Shown one piece after another: positions 16,028-26,300 of a stretch of 32,000 bases of DNA; position 1 is the stretch's first letter, and each line of letters begins with the position of its first letter. The stretch is from Nostoc sp. PCC 7120 = FACHB-418. Lineage in GTDB: Bacteria; Cyanobacteriota; Cyanobacteriia; Cyanobacteriales; Nostocaceae. Position numbers and translations under genes: made by a program. Below the pieces are notes generated by a model. It was not told the origin of the DNA, searched no databases, and saw only the letters and a program-made list of their open reading frames with translations. Location: assembly GCF_000009705.1 (NCBI RefSeq), contig NC_003272.1:1620001-1652000 (forward strand), given 5' to 3'.

Positions 16028-18016
16028 ATGGTTCATGTCCGCTATGGTGGTCAGAACGGTGAACAGTACGAACTAGCAATTAGTGAAAATCATATTGTAG
16101 TGCGGACTGAAAGCCGCAGCTCGCTAATTAGCGATCGCCCCTTTGAAGCCGCCCCTGTTTCCTCCCAAGCCCGTAATATCCTCAATCAGTTCGAGTTATC
16201 CACTCGTTTCAGCCAAGCGGGTGTAGAAGTTCTCCATGTGAAAGAACCGAGCCAGGATGGTGCTTTGCGCGATACAGCCAGGGAAATTCTCAATCAAGAA
16301 CCGGAAGTGCAATTTGCTGGACGTGTGTTAATTGATCCAGTCAGTCAACAACCCATAGTTTACACAGAAAACCTTTTCGTGAAGTTTGGCCACGAAGAAG
16401 ACGTTAGTTTCTGCCAAGAAATTTTGGGACGCTACGGCTTAACAATTAAACGTCAACTAGAATACGCCCGTAATGCCTACTTTGTCAGCGCACCCCCCAA
16501 TACTGGTTTAGCCATCTTTGATATTGCCGAAAGGTTGCTCAACGAGGAATCGGTGGAATTGTGTCATCCTGAATTGGTGCGGGAATTTAGGCAACGTCAG
16601 GCATTTTCCCAACAATGGCACCTTAAGGAAACCACAATTGGGGGTAAGACTATCAAGGCTCATGCCAATGTTGAGGCGGCATGGAAGTTGAGCGATGGTA
16701 CGGGAACGATTATTGCCATTATTGACGATGGTGTGGATGTTGACCATGAAGAATTCCGTTCTTCTGGTAAGATTGTTGCCCCTAGAGATGTCACACGCAA
16801 AACTAACTTTCCCACCCCAGGAAACCGAGATAATCACGGTACTGCTTGTGCAGGTGTCGCTTGTGGTAATGGCAACTTTGGGGCTTCTGGTGTAGCGCCT
16901 GGGGCTAAGTTAATGCCCATTCGTTTCGTTTCCGCCCTGGGTTCCCAAGATGAAGCCGACTCTTTTGTCTGGGCTGCTCAAAATGGTGCGGATGTAATTT
17001 CCTGTAGTTGGGGGCCACCAGATGGTACATGGTGGGATGATAAAGACCCCCTACACAAGCAGAAAGTACCTCTACCCGATTCCACAAGACTAGCAATGGA
17101 CTATGCCATCAATAAGGGGCGTAATGGCAAAGGATGTGTGATTTTATTCGCTGCGGGTAATGGTAACGAAAGCGTAGATAATGACGGCTACGCCAGCTAT
17201 GAAAAGGTAATAGCTGTCGCGGCTTGTAACGACTTTGGTACTAGAAGCGCTTATAGTGATTTTGGTCAAGCCGTCTGGTGTGCCTTCCCTAGTAACAACG
17301 GTAACCCTTCCCAAACCCCTGGTATTTGGACTGCCGATCGCTCTGGTGTAGTTGGCTATAATTCTGGTAGTACCAATCTCGGTGATCAAGCAGGTAATTA
17401 TACAAATAGTTTCGGTGGTACTTCTAGCGCCTGTCCGGGTGCGGCTGGTGTCGCTGCCTTGATTCTCTCCCGCAATCCAAATCTGCGTTGGGATGAGGTC
17501 AGAGATATTATTAAACGTTCATGCGATCGCATTGATCCAGTCGGTGGTAACTATAACGCTGAAGGCCGTAGCCCATTCTACGGTTATGGTCGGATCAATG
17601 CCCTCAAAGCGGTAGAATTGGCACTACCAGCACAACCTGAGCCAGTCAGCATTTTTACAGCCGTCCAGGATGTCCCCATTAATGATTTGCAGACATCTCA
17701 ACTCAGTTTAGCGATCGCCAACACCAACCCCATCAAATCTATCAAAGTTACAGTAGACATCGAGCATACTTACATTGGTGACTTAATAGTTAGCCTCAAC
17801 CCCCCTGGAGAATGTGGTGTATTACCGATCATCCTCCACGACCGCAAAGGTGGAGGCGCAGATGATATCAAACAAACTTACGATGAGGTGAGTACACCAG
17901 GACTGACTGCTTTGAAGGGTAAAATTCCTCAAGGAACCTGGACTCTAGAAGTAGCAGATAAAGCACAGGCGGATACAGGGAAGATTCGCAGCTTGACTAT
18001 TGAACTTGGGTTTTAG
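16028..18016 (+). CDS. prcA: Calcium-dependent subtilisin-like serine protease PrcA (S8 peptidase with C-terminal proprotein-convertase P-domain)
   Basis: 662 aa. Catalytic Asp in IAIIDDGVD, His in HGTACAGVA, Asn in FAAGNGN and Ser in GGTSSACPGAAG. P-domain motifs are HTYIGDLIVSLNPPG and GTWTLEVADKAQADTGKIRSLTIELGF. This matches my memory of Anabaena PrcA. Confidence 0.9.
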   Translation: MVHVRYGGQNGEQYELAISENHIVVRTESRSSLISDRPFEAAPVSSQARNILNQFELSTRFSQAGVEVLHVKEPSQDGALRDTAREILNQEPEVQFAGRVLIDPVSQQPIVYTENLFVKFGHEEDVSFCQEILGRYGLTIKRQLEYARNAYFVSAPPNTGLAIFDIAERLLNEESVELCHPELVREFRQRQAFSQQWHLKETTIGGKTIKAHANVEAAWKLSDGTGTIIAIIDDGVDVDHEEFRSSGKIVAPRDVTRKTNFPTPGNRDNHGTACAGVACGNGNFGASGVAPGAKLMPIRFVSALGSQDEADSFVWAAQNGADVISCSWGPPDGTWWDDKDPLHKQKVPLPDSTRLAMDYAINKGRNGKGCVILFAAGNGNESVDNDGYASYEKVIAVAACNDFGTRSAYSDFGQAVWCAFPSNNGNPSQTPGIWTADRSGVVGYNSGSTNLGDQAGNYTNSFGGTSSACPGAAGVAALILSRNPNLRWDEVRDIIKRSCDRIDPVGGNYNAEGRSPFYGYGRINALKAVELALPAQPEPVSIFTAVQDVPINDLQTSQLSLAIANTNPIKSIKVTVDIEHTYIGDLIVSLNPPGECGVLPIILHDRKGGGADDIKQTYDEVSTPGLTALKGKIPQGTWTLEVADKAQADTGKIRSLTIELGF

Positions 18017-18064
18017 GGGGATTGGGGACTGGGGATTGGGGACTGGGGATTGGGGACTGGGTAA
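18016..18064. repeat. STRR1-type heptamer array (tggggat/tggggac alternating), 7 units
   Basis: gggggat tggggac tggggat tggggac tggggat tggggac tgggtaa. The array starts inside the prcA stop codon (TAG 18014-18016). Confidence 0.9.
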
Positions 18065-18285
18065 AACTTTTACTGTTCTCTGCTCCTCTACCTCTTAAGA
18101 TTCCCCAGTTTCTCTGGGATCAGGACTCTTAACCTGGGAGTGTTCTAAATTTAACTTATATATTATGTTAATGTAACCTGTTCTTAGCAAAATCAAACGT
18201 TAATCCTCTACAGATTGTTAATACTGACAGAACTTGGTCATATGAATTGACCTGTAATTCTGAATCTGGAATCCGAGGTTAATTA

Positions 18286-19296
18286 ATGGTTTCACATCAA
18301 GTGCGGCAAATCTCTAGTGCTATTACTGCTATAGTTTTAGGCTTAGGGTTGGGAATTGCGGTAGCAGCTACTCCAAAAACACTGACAGTTTATTCAGGAA
18401 GGGACGAAGAAATTATGCGTCCCTTGATAGAGAGAGCAAAAAAAGATTTGGGGCTAAACATTGAAGTACGCTACGGTGATTCTACAGAATTAGCGATCGC
18501 ACTCATTGAAGAAGGTAAAAATAGCCGCGCTGACGTTTTTTACGCTCAGGATGCTGGTTCTTTAGGCGCTATAGGCAGAGAAGGAAAGGCTGTAAAACTT
18601 CCTAGCCAACTACTCAACAAAGTTGACTCGCGCTTTCGTTCCCCTGCTGGAGAATGGGTAGGCATTTCCGGTAGAGCGCGGGTGATAGACTACAATACCA
18701 AACTTGTCAAAGCCAACGAACTCCCCAAAAGTGTAATGCAATTGAGCGATCGCAAATGGCGCGGTAAAGTTGGCTGGGCCCCTACCAACGGCTCTTTTCT
18801 CTCCTTTGTCACAGCGATGCGATTGATGGAGGGTGATCAAAAAACCCTAGCCTGGTTAAAAGCCATGAAAGCCAACGGTGCTAAAGCCTATCCCAAAAAT
18901 AGCGCGATCGTGGAAGCTCTAGGAAGGGGAGAAATTGCTTTGGGATTAGTAAATAATTATTATCTGTATCGGTTTACTAAAAAAGATCCTAAATTTCCAG
19001 TTGCTATCCACCATACCAAAGGCGATGCAGGCTCTTTAATTAACGTTGCAGGTTTAGCAGTCCTGAAAACAACCGACCAACAAAGTGATGCAGAAAAGTT
19101 TGTGGCTTATATGCTCAAACCAGAAACCCAAAAGTTCATCACCGAAAATTTTTACGAATATCCCCTAGTAACGGGTATTCCAGTAGCACAAAAGCAACTT
19201 CCCCTCAAACAATTGCAACCCCCCAAACTTGATTTAGGTAAACTATCGGATCTCAAAGGAACCATGTCTTTAATTCAAGAAGCAGGGTTGATTTAA
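18286..19296 (+). CDS. Fe(3+)-type ABC transporter periplasmic substrate-binding protein (Fut/Fbp/Afu-like)
   Basis: 336 aa with a signal/anchor segment (AITAIVLGLGLGIAVAA). TVYSGRDEE...YAQDAGSLG...GISGRARV is typical of family-1 iron-binding proteins. It is the first gene of a binding protein-permease-ATPase operon. Confidence 0.8.
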   Translation: MVSHQVRQISSAITAIVLGLGLGIAVAATPKTLTVYSGRDEEIMRPLIERAKKDLGLNIEVRYGDSTELAIALIEEGKNSRADVFYAQDAGSLGAIGREGKAVKLPSQLLNKVDSRFRSPAGEWVGISGRARVIDYNTKLVKANELPKSVMQLSDRKWRGKVGWAPTNGSFLSFVTAMRLMEGDQKTLAWLKAMKANGAKAYPKNSAIVEALGRGEIALGLVNNYYLYRFTKKDPKFPVAIHHTKGDAGSLINVAGLAVLKTTDQQSDAEKFVAYMLKPETQKFITENFYEYPLVTGIPVAQKQLPLKQLQPPKLDLGKLSDLKGTMSLIQEAGLI

Positions 19297-19322
19297 AAAG
19301 GTTGACTGTTGACTAATGACCA

Positions 19323-20957
19323 ATGACTAAATCCCAGCCACCATTATTTTTAATAGTTACAGCCGGATCGATAGCTGTGGCGATTACACTACCGTTGACT
19401 TATTTAGTTATGCGGATGTCTGCTGTGGGTGGGGAGCAGTTATTGGCTTTGATTTTCCGACCACGCATAGTGGAAATTTTGTTTAATAGTGTTGGTGTGG
19501 CTATAGCTAGTACCATATTGGCAACGGCGATCGCAGTTCCGTTAGCATTTCTCACATTGCGGACAGATTTACCTGGGCGCAGATTCTGGCTAATTGCGAC
19601 TACACTACCCTTAGCCATACCTGATTATGTCGGTAGTTTTGCTCTGATTGCGGCTTTTGGCCCCAAAGGTAGCTGGTTGCAACTGTGGCTAGAACCTCTG
19701 GGAGTGGAAGCTTTACCAGAAATCTATGGTTGGACTGGGGCAATTTTAGGATTGACCTTGTTTACCTATCCCTATTTACTGTTGAGTGTCCATGCTGGCT
19801 TGCAAGGTATCGATCCGGCGCTGGAAGAAGCAGCTAGGAGCTTGGGGTGGAATCAAAGGCAAACTTTTTGGCGGATGACTTTACCTGCATTACGTCCAGC
19901 CATTGTGGCTGGTGGATTGTTAGTTTCCCTCAATGCCTTACAGGATTTTGGTACAACTTCCATTATGCGGTTTGATACCTTTACACGGGCAATTTTTTTG
20001 CAATACAGATATACATTTGACCGCTATCAGGCGGCGACATTGGCGTTAATGCTGGTGGGTTTAGTGTTGCTGTTGTTGTGGCTGGAATATCAAACGCGAT
20101 CGCGGGCTACATATTATAGTCGTGGTCATAAATCCTACTCTCCACCAGCTTTGATCGCTTTGGGGATGTGGAAAATTCCCGCAATTTTGTTTTGTTTAGG
20201 GATCACTAGCTTGGGTTTATTGCTACCTGTTGCTGTCACCCTGTTCTGGTTTGTGGAAGGTTTAACCAGTCCAGAAGCAGAGCAAGTTTTTGTTTGGTCA
20301 CAACTTATACAACTAGCTAGCAACTCAATTATAGCTGCTGGACTGGCGGCGATCGCCTCTACTTGCTGCGCTATTCCCGTTGCCATCCTAGCTGTACGCT
20401 TTCCTAACCGCATCACTACAGCTATTGAACGCTGTAGTTACATCGGTTTTGGCTTACCTGGAATTGTAGTTGCCTTTTCACTGGTATTTTGGGGAGCAAA
20501 TTACCTTCCCTGGTTATATCAAACTTTGCCTATGCTGGTGTTTGCTTACTTGGTATTATTCCTGTCTCAATCTGTGGGAACTGTACGGAGTTCACTATTA
20601 CAAGTAAATCCCCAATTAGAAGAATCAGCACGCTCTTTAGGAAGAAAACCAGGGCAAACTTTCCGAGAAATTACTTTACCACTAGTTACACCAGGAATTT
20701 TAGTAGGAACAGCATTAGTATTTCTTAAAGCCATCAAAGAATTACCTGTGACTTTGATATTAGCGCCCATTGGCTTTAATACTCTAGCCACTGAAATCTG
20801 GAAAGCAACGGAAAACGTCTCCTACAGCCAAGCATCAGTGGCTGCATTAATCATGTTAGCCATCTCTATTAGTTCTACTGTTTTAGTTTTATCTCAAAAC
20901 CGCTATCAACAACTTATTCCAGAAGTGAGGCGTAGTTTACAAAGGGAGGTGGATTAG
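19323..20957 (+). CDS. Fe(3+)-type ABC transporter permease (duplicated, fused two-domain type)
   Basis: 544 aa with about 12 TM segments. Two EAA loops: EEAARSLGWNQRQTFWRMTLPALRP and EESARSLGRKPGQTFREITLPLVTP. Confidence 0.85.
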   Translation: MTKSQPPLFLIVTAGSIAVAITLPLTYLVMRMSAVGGEQLLALIFRPRIVEILFNSVGVAIASTILATAIAVPLAFLTLRTDLPGRRFWLIATTLPLAIPDYVGSFALIAAFGPKGSWLQLWLEPLGVEALPEIYGWTGAILGLTLFTYPYLLLSVHAGLQGIDPALEEAARSLGWNQRQTFWRMTLPALRPAIVAGGLLVSLNALQDFGTTSIMRFDTFTRAIFLQYRYTFDRYQAATLALMLVGLVLLLLWLEYQTRSRATYYSRGHKSYSPPALIALGMWKIPAILFCLGITSLGLLLPVAVTLFWFVEGLTSPEAEQVFVWSQLIQLASNSIIAAGLAAIASTCCAIPVAILAVRFPNRITTAIERCSYIGFGLPGIVVAFSLVFWGANYLPWLYQTLPMLVFAYLVLFLSQSVGTVRSSLLQVNPQLEESARSLGRKPGQTFREITLPLVTPGILVGTALVFLKAIKELPVTLILAPIGFNTLATEIWKATENVSYSQASVAALIMLAISISSTVLVLSQNRYQQLIPEVRRSLQREVD

Positions 20958-21004
20958 GAATTGGGTATTGAAAATTGGGATTTTTTAGCGTTAGAAATGC
21001 AACG

Positions 21005-21130
21005 TTCTCACTTACAACCTAAAGTTTCTCGTTTTGAACAGGAACATTCTCACTCAGAACCTAAAGTTTCTCGTTTTGAATAGGAAAATTCTCACTTACA
21101 ACCTGAAGTTTCTCGTTTTGAATAGGAATT
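21005..21130. repeat. 42-bp tandem repeat x3 in the permease-ATPase spacer
   Basis: Units are 21005-21046, 21047-21088 and 21089-21130 (ttctcacttacaacctaaagtttctcgttttgaacaggaaca and two variants). They differ at only a few positions. Confidence 0.9.
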
Positions 21131-21227
21131 TTTGCATTCCCATCATCATTTGCCCATTTCATTATGCTTCCAATCCCTTCTCCCTATTGCTTAGACAACA
21201 TTTCACAAGAAAAACCCACAACCAAAT

Positions 21228-22313
21228 ATGAAAATCCCGGTTCCTAGTCCCCAAACCTCAGTTCCCCATACTCAATTCCCAATAATATTAAAGTTGCAGA
21301 ATGTTACCCTTGCCTACAAGAATGCTTTGGCTGTGGATGGAGTGAGTTTGGGATTAGTCGCAGGGGATGTATTAGGGTTATTGGGGCCTTCGGGATGTGG
21401 AAAAACTACACTTTTACGGATTATTGCTGGGTTTGAATTGCCACAGACAGGGACTGTAGAAATTGCGGGAGAGTTAGTAACCGGGAATGGTTGCTTGATA
21501 CCGCCAGAACAACGCCATGTAGGGATGCTGTTTCAAGATTATGCTTTGTTTCCTCACTTAACCGTGGCTGAAAATATCGGTTTTGGTTTGCGGCGGATGC
21601 AAAAAAGCGATCGCCGTCAAAGAGTTGCCGAGTTATTATCATTAGTCAGACTCCCAACACTAGAAAACCGCTATCCTCATGAATTATCTGGTGGACAACA
21701 ACAACGGGTAGCCTTGGCTAGAGCTTTAGCTCCCCAACCGCAGATTCTATTATTAGATGAACCCCTCAGCAATCTAGATTTACAAGTACGATTGAAATTG
21801 CGCGAGGAAGTATTAGCCATTCTCAAACAGCAAGGAATATCGGCTATTTTTGTCACCCACGACCAACAAGAAGCCCTAGCGATCGCTGACCAAGTAGCAG
21901 TGATGCACAATGGTAAATTAGAACAAATAGGCACGCCAGAAACGATTTATACTCAGCCAGCCTCCCGCTTCGTCGCTGAATTTGTCACCCAAGCCAACTT
22001 TTTACCAGCACAGTTGCAAAGAAATTACTGGGTAACAGAGATTGGCTGTTTTGCCCTGAAAACAGAAATTTCTCAACACAAAGGAGATTTAATGATCCGC
22101 GAAGAAGACATCATTTTGCAACCAGCAAGTGATGGTGCAATGAAAATTGCCACACGTTTCTTTTTAGGACATGAATACCGATATAGCTTATATACCCCCT
22201 CCGGCAAAAAGCTATATGCTATAACACCCGCGAGCATTGCTTTACCCATCGGTACACAAGTCAATGTATCTCTAAAAGAAACAGCAAACTTAAAGGTGTT
22301 TGAAAGTCAATAG
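21228..22313 (+). CDS. Fe(3+)-type ABC transporter ATP-binding protein (FbpC/FutC-like)
   Basis: 361 aa. Walker A GPSGCGKTT, signature LSGGQQQRVALARAL, Walker B ILLLDEPLS and a C-terminal TOBE-like extension. Confidence 0.9.
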   Translation: MKIPVPSPQTSVPHTQFPIILKLQNVTLAYKNALAVDGVSLGLVAGDVLGLLGPSGCGKTTLLRIIAGFELPQTGTVEIAGELVTGNGCLIPPEQRHVGMLFQDYALFPHLTVAENIGFGLRRMQKSDRRQRVAELLSLVRLPTLENRYPHELSGGQQQRVALARALAPQPQILLLDEPLSNLDLQVRLKLREEVLAILKQQGISAIFVTHDQQEALAIADQVAVMHNGKLEQIGTPETIYTQPASRFVAEFVTQANFLPAQLQRNYWVTEIGCFALKTEISQHKGDLMIREEDIILQPASDGAMKIATRFFLGHEYRYSLYTPSGKKLYAITPASIALPIGTQVNVSLKETANLKVFESQ

Positions 22314-22424
22314 TCAACAGTCAACAGTCAACAGTCAATAGTCAATAGTCAACAGTCAATAGTCAACAGTCAACAGTCAACAGTCAATAGTCAATAGTCA
22401 ATAGTCAACGGTCAATAGTCAACA
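22306..22424. repeat. STRR3-type heptamer array, 17 in-phase units of gtcaa(c/t)a
   Basis: I verified each unit from 22306 to 22424. It overlaps the ATPase stop codon (TAG 22311-22313) and ends 8 nt before ATG 22433. Confidence 0.95.
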
Positions 22425-22432
22425 AAAATATT

Positions 22433-23173
22433 ATGAATTGGGAAATTGTTCTCGCAAGTTTTGCAAGCTCTTTAATAGAATTAGTTGAAATTCTCGGTAT
22501 AGTCATCGTTGTTGGTAGGTTAGCAGGTTGGCGTAATGCTTTAGTTGGTTCAGGCGCTGGTATTGCTTTGACTTTACTGCTATCCCTGGTTTTGGGCAAA
22601 AGTTTAACTCTAATTCCTGTAAATATTCTCCGAATTGTGGCGGGAGTTTTACTGTTGCTTTTTGGTCAAAAGTGGACGCGCTCTATAGTGAGATATTATG
22701 CTGGTCTTCCTAAGAAGCGTAAAGGCGGTGGGGAAGATAGCTTAGAAGAACAACTAGCTAGAGATGAGAATGAATCTGGCTGGAATTGGTTTGCTGTGGT
22801 CACTACCTTTAAAGGTGCATTGTTGGATAGTGTAGAAGTGGCGATCGCCGTTGTGACTTTGGGTGCTGCACAAAGTCAATGGCTAGAAGCAATTAGTGGT
22901 GCAGGTTTTGCCACATTTAGTTTATTGGTATTGGCTTTTTTATTTAGAACACCACTCCAACAAGTACCTGTCAAACCCATGAAGTTTACGGCTGCAATGT
23001 TGTTAATGGGATTTGGTCTTTACTGGCTGGGAGCAGGATTAAATGTGGAGTGGCCTGGTGATGAGTTGGCGATTATCTGGCTACCTTTAGCTTGGGGTGT
23101 CGGAATGGCGATCGCTTCGACAATTTGGCGCTGGCGAGTTAGTTTAGATAAACCAGAGGAAGCGATCGGTTAA
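22433..23173 (+). CDS. Integral membrane protein with an internal two-fold repeat (function unknown)
   Basis: 246 aa with about 6 TM segments. Residues 13-55 (SLIELVEILGIVIVVGRLAGW...GSGAGIAL) align with residues 129-171 (ALLDSVEVAIAVVTLGAAQSQW...ISGAGFAT). A charged loop (KKRKGGGEDSLEEQLARDENE) lies between them. Confidence 0.75.
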   Translation: MNWEIVLASFASSLIELVEILGIVIVVGRLAGWRNALVGSGAGIALTLLLSLVLGKSLTLIPVNILRIVAGVLLLLFGQKWTRSIVRYYAGLPKKRKGGGEDSLEEQLARDENESGWNWFAVVTTFKGALLDSVEVAIAVVTLGAAQSQWLEAISGAGFATFSLLVLAFLFRTPLQQVPVKPMKFTAAMLLMGFGLYWLGAGLNVEWPGDELAIIWLPLAWGVGMAIASTIWRWRVSLDKPEEAIG

Positions 23174-23303
23174 CCAGTTACACAATTGTTAATAATTTGT
23201 CAAGAGCCAGAACTCTTTAAGTAACCTGTTCTTACCTTGCTCTTAACTAAAAAATAGGAATATTGGCTGCGTCAGCAACAAATTTAATATCTGAGAACAG
23301 CAA

Positions 23304-26300
23304 ATGTTCAATTTCCAGCGTAAGCGATATTTCCTACTCAGCCTGCTGGTTGCAGTGGCGGTAGTAGTCAGCAGTGTGCAGATAGTCACAGCCCAGCTTG
23401 CTACTAGCCGTGTGGGCGACCTCCCTGAAGGTGGCGCATTACTCCCCACCGGACAAGTAATTACACCCGCAGCCGCCCCTGGCTCTACATTTGACCGTCT
23501 AGCTACTGGTTTACGTAGCGATAATAACGCAGATGCGGCGGAAGCCGTCACCACAGCCCTTAGTCCTGATGGTAAAACTCTGTTGGTGCTAACTAGTGGT
23601 TACAATCTCAACTTTCGCAATCAAAATACTGGTGCAAATCTCACCTATCCAGTATTAGACCCAGTAACCGGACAACCCACAGCTACAACCACCCGCAAAG
23701 CTGAATGGGTATTCGTTTTCGATGTCAGCAGTGGCAAATTAGTTAAGCGCCAACAAATTAATATTCCTAATACCTACAATGGTTTGGCGTGGGCAAAGGA
23801 TGGCTCACGTTTTTACGTATCCGGTGGTATTGATGACCGCGTTTATGTTTACGCCGCTAACGGTAATCAATACATTGCGAATGCGCCATTTATTCTTTTA
23901 GGTCACAACTCTAACCAAACCGATCCCTTTCCCAGCTACGATGGTGGTCTGTTAAAGAATACACCAGCCAATCGGGTAACCACAGGTGCAGTTGTTGCGG
24001 GTCTTGCTGTTAGCCCAGATGGTAGTACTCTGGTCGCTGCTAATTTTGAGAATGACTCCATTTCCCTAGTAAATACTGCTAATCGTCAGGTAACTGAAGA
24101 AATTAAATTCTTTAAACCAGGTGATCAAGTACCAACTGGTGAATTTCCCTTTGATGTTGCGCTTAAGAGTACAACTAACGGTGCAGCAGCTAAAGTATTT
24201 GTCAGCAGTCAGCGCGATGATGAAGTAGTAGCTGTTGACGTTGCTTCTAGAGTTATTACCCGCATACCTGTAGGTAGCCAACCCAACAAAATCTTACTTT
24301 CTGCTGACCAAAATAAACTATATGTAGCTAATGGTAATAGTGACACAATTTCCGTCATTGATACCAATAGCAACAGAGTGATTGGGACTATATCTCTGTC
24401 TCGACCCAATGATAAATATGTCGGCTCAAGTCCCAATTCCCTAGCTCTTAGCCCAGACGAACGTACACTTTACGTTACCTTAGCCGGTGAGAATGCTGTC
24501 GCTGTCGTAGATTTACGTTCCGGTCGTGTAAGTGGTCGCATTCCTACTGGCTGGTATCCTAATTCTGTTAGTGTCAGCCAAGATGGTCGCAAATTATTTG
24601 TTGTTAACGCTAAGAGCAACTCCGGCCCCAACCCATCCCAAAGCCGCACCACACCCGCAGGTCTAGCCCGTAACACTACCTTTAGAAATGAGTACAACTG
24701 GGCTTTAGAAAAAGCTGGTATTGCAGTGATTCCGGTTCCTAGCGCTGGTAGTTTAGCTGCACTTTCTCGTCAGGTAGACAAAAACAACGGTTTTGATAAT
24801 CGCCGTCCCGACCGGACAATGAGGTTTTTGCAAGGGAAGATTAAGAACGTTATTTATGTACTGAAAGAAAACCGTACCTATGACCAAGTTCTTGGTGATT
24901 TACCCATTGGTAACGGCGACCCTGCATTAACTTTATTACCAGAACCCATCTCTCCTAATCATCACAAACTGGCTCTAGATTTTGTCACCTTCGATAACTT
25001 CTACGATTCTGGTGAGTCTAGCGGTGTGGGTTGGAACTGGTCTACTTACGGACGGACTACTGATTACACAGAAAAAACTCAGTCTGTACTCTACGGCAAT
25101 GCTGGGTTTAACGGTCTGACTTACGACTATGAAGGTCTCAACCGTAATATCAATATTGCCCTACCACAAACTAACTCCACTTCCCAATTCAATACACGGG
25201 TGACAGGAGTTTTAGATCCTTCTGGTCGTTCATCGATTTTGCCAGGAACCAAGGATGTCAACGCTCCCATCGGCGATGGTGAAATATCACCAAATTCTGT
25301 AGGCGGCTATCTTTGGGATGCAGCATTACGTGCTGGAAAGACTGTCCGTAACTATGGTTTCTACGTTGACGGCTTCTATGGTACGAACCAAGCCGACCCG
25401 ACAAAACCCGACCCCAGTGACCCCCTTTACGTCCCCATCTCTCCCACTCCTGCGGTTGATAACATCCAGCAAGCTGTAGCAGCAAAAACTGTACTGTTAG
25501 ATAAAACAGACAATTATTTCCGGGGTTACGACATGAAAAATGCCGATATTTATCTCTATAATGAGTTCGCTCGTGATATTGATAAATATCTAGCTAATAA
25601 CACTCTGCCTAACTTGACAATGGTACGTCTACCTCACGACCACTTTGGTGATTTTAATAATGCTGTCGCCGGGTTAAATACTGTACCCTTGCAAATGGCT
25701 GATAACGATTATGCTGTTGGCTTATTGGTAGAGAAGATATCCAAGTCACCTGCATGGAAAGAGACTGCGATCGTTATTTTAGAAGATGATTGCCAAAATG
25801 GCCCCGACCACGTAGATAGTCATCGCTCAATAGCTTACATCATTTCTCCATACACAAAGCGTAAGGTTTTAATCAGCACTAACTACAACACTGTGAGCAT
25901 AATACGGACAATGGAGGATTTATTGGGAATCGGCTACTTAGGTATGAACGATGCCAATGCCAAGCCTATGTCCGATGCTTTTACCAGAGAGCCTGACTTT
26001 ACACCCTATACCGCAGTTGTCCCTGGTAACTTATGTACTGCACCTGTAGATCCCAACCTTGTACCAGCTTGCCAAGATCCCAATGTTCCAAAGACAGCTG
26101 CTATACCATCTTTGCATGACAAACAATGGTGGGCGCAAGCAACCAAAGACTTCTATTTTGAAGTAGAAGATAAAGTTGATGCAGACGCATTTAACCGTGT
26201 ACTGTGGTCGGGAATTAAAGGCGACAATGTGCCTTATCCTACAGAGCGTAGTCACGCTGACCTGCGCCAAAATCGCGCACAATTAGTGGCAAATCAAGCA

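Noticed and set aside
18130-18285. Fur box upstream of the iron-binding-protein gene
   Set aside because: The region is AT-rich (ttatatattatgttaatgtaa), but I could not align it convincingly to the GATAATGATAATCATTATC consensus. A position-weight-matrix scan is needed.
21005-21130. Possibility that the 42-bp repeats are a mini CRISPR array
   Set aside because: The units are directly adjacent with no unique spacers between them, and no cas genes are present. This is a plain tandem repeat.
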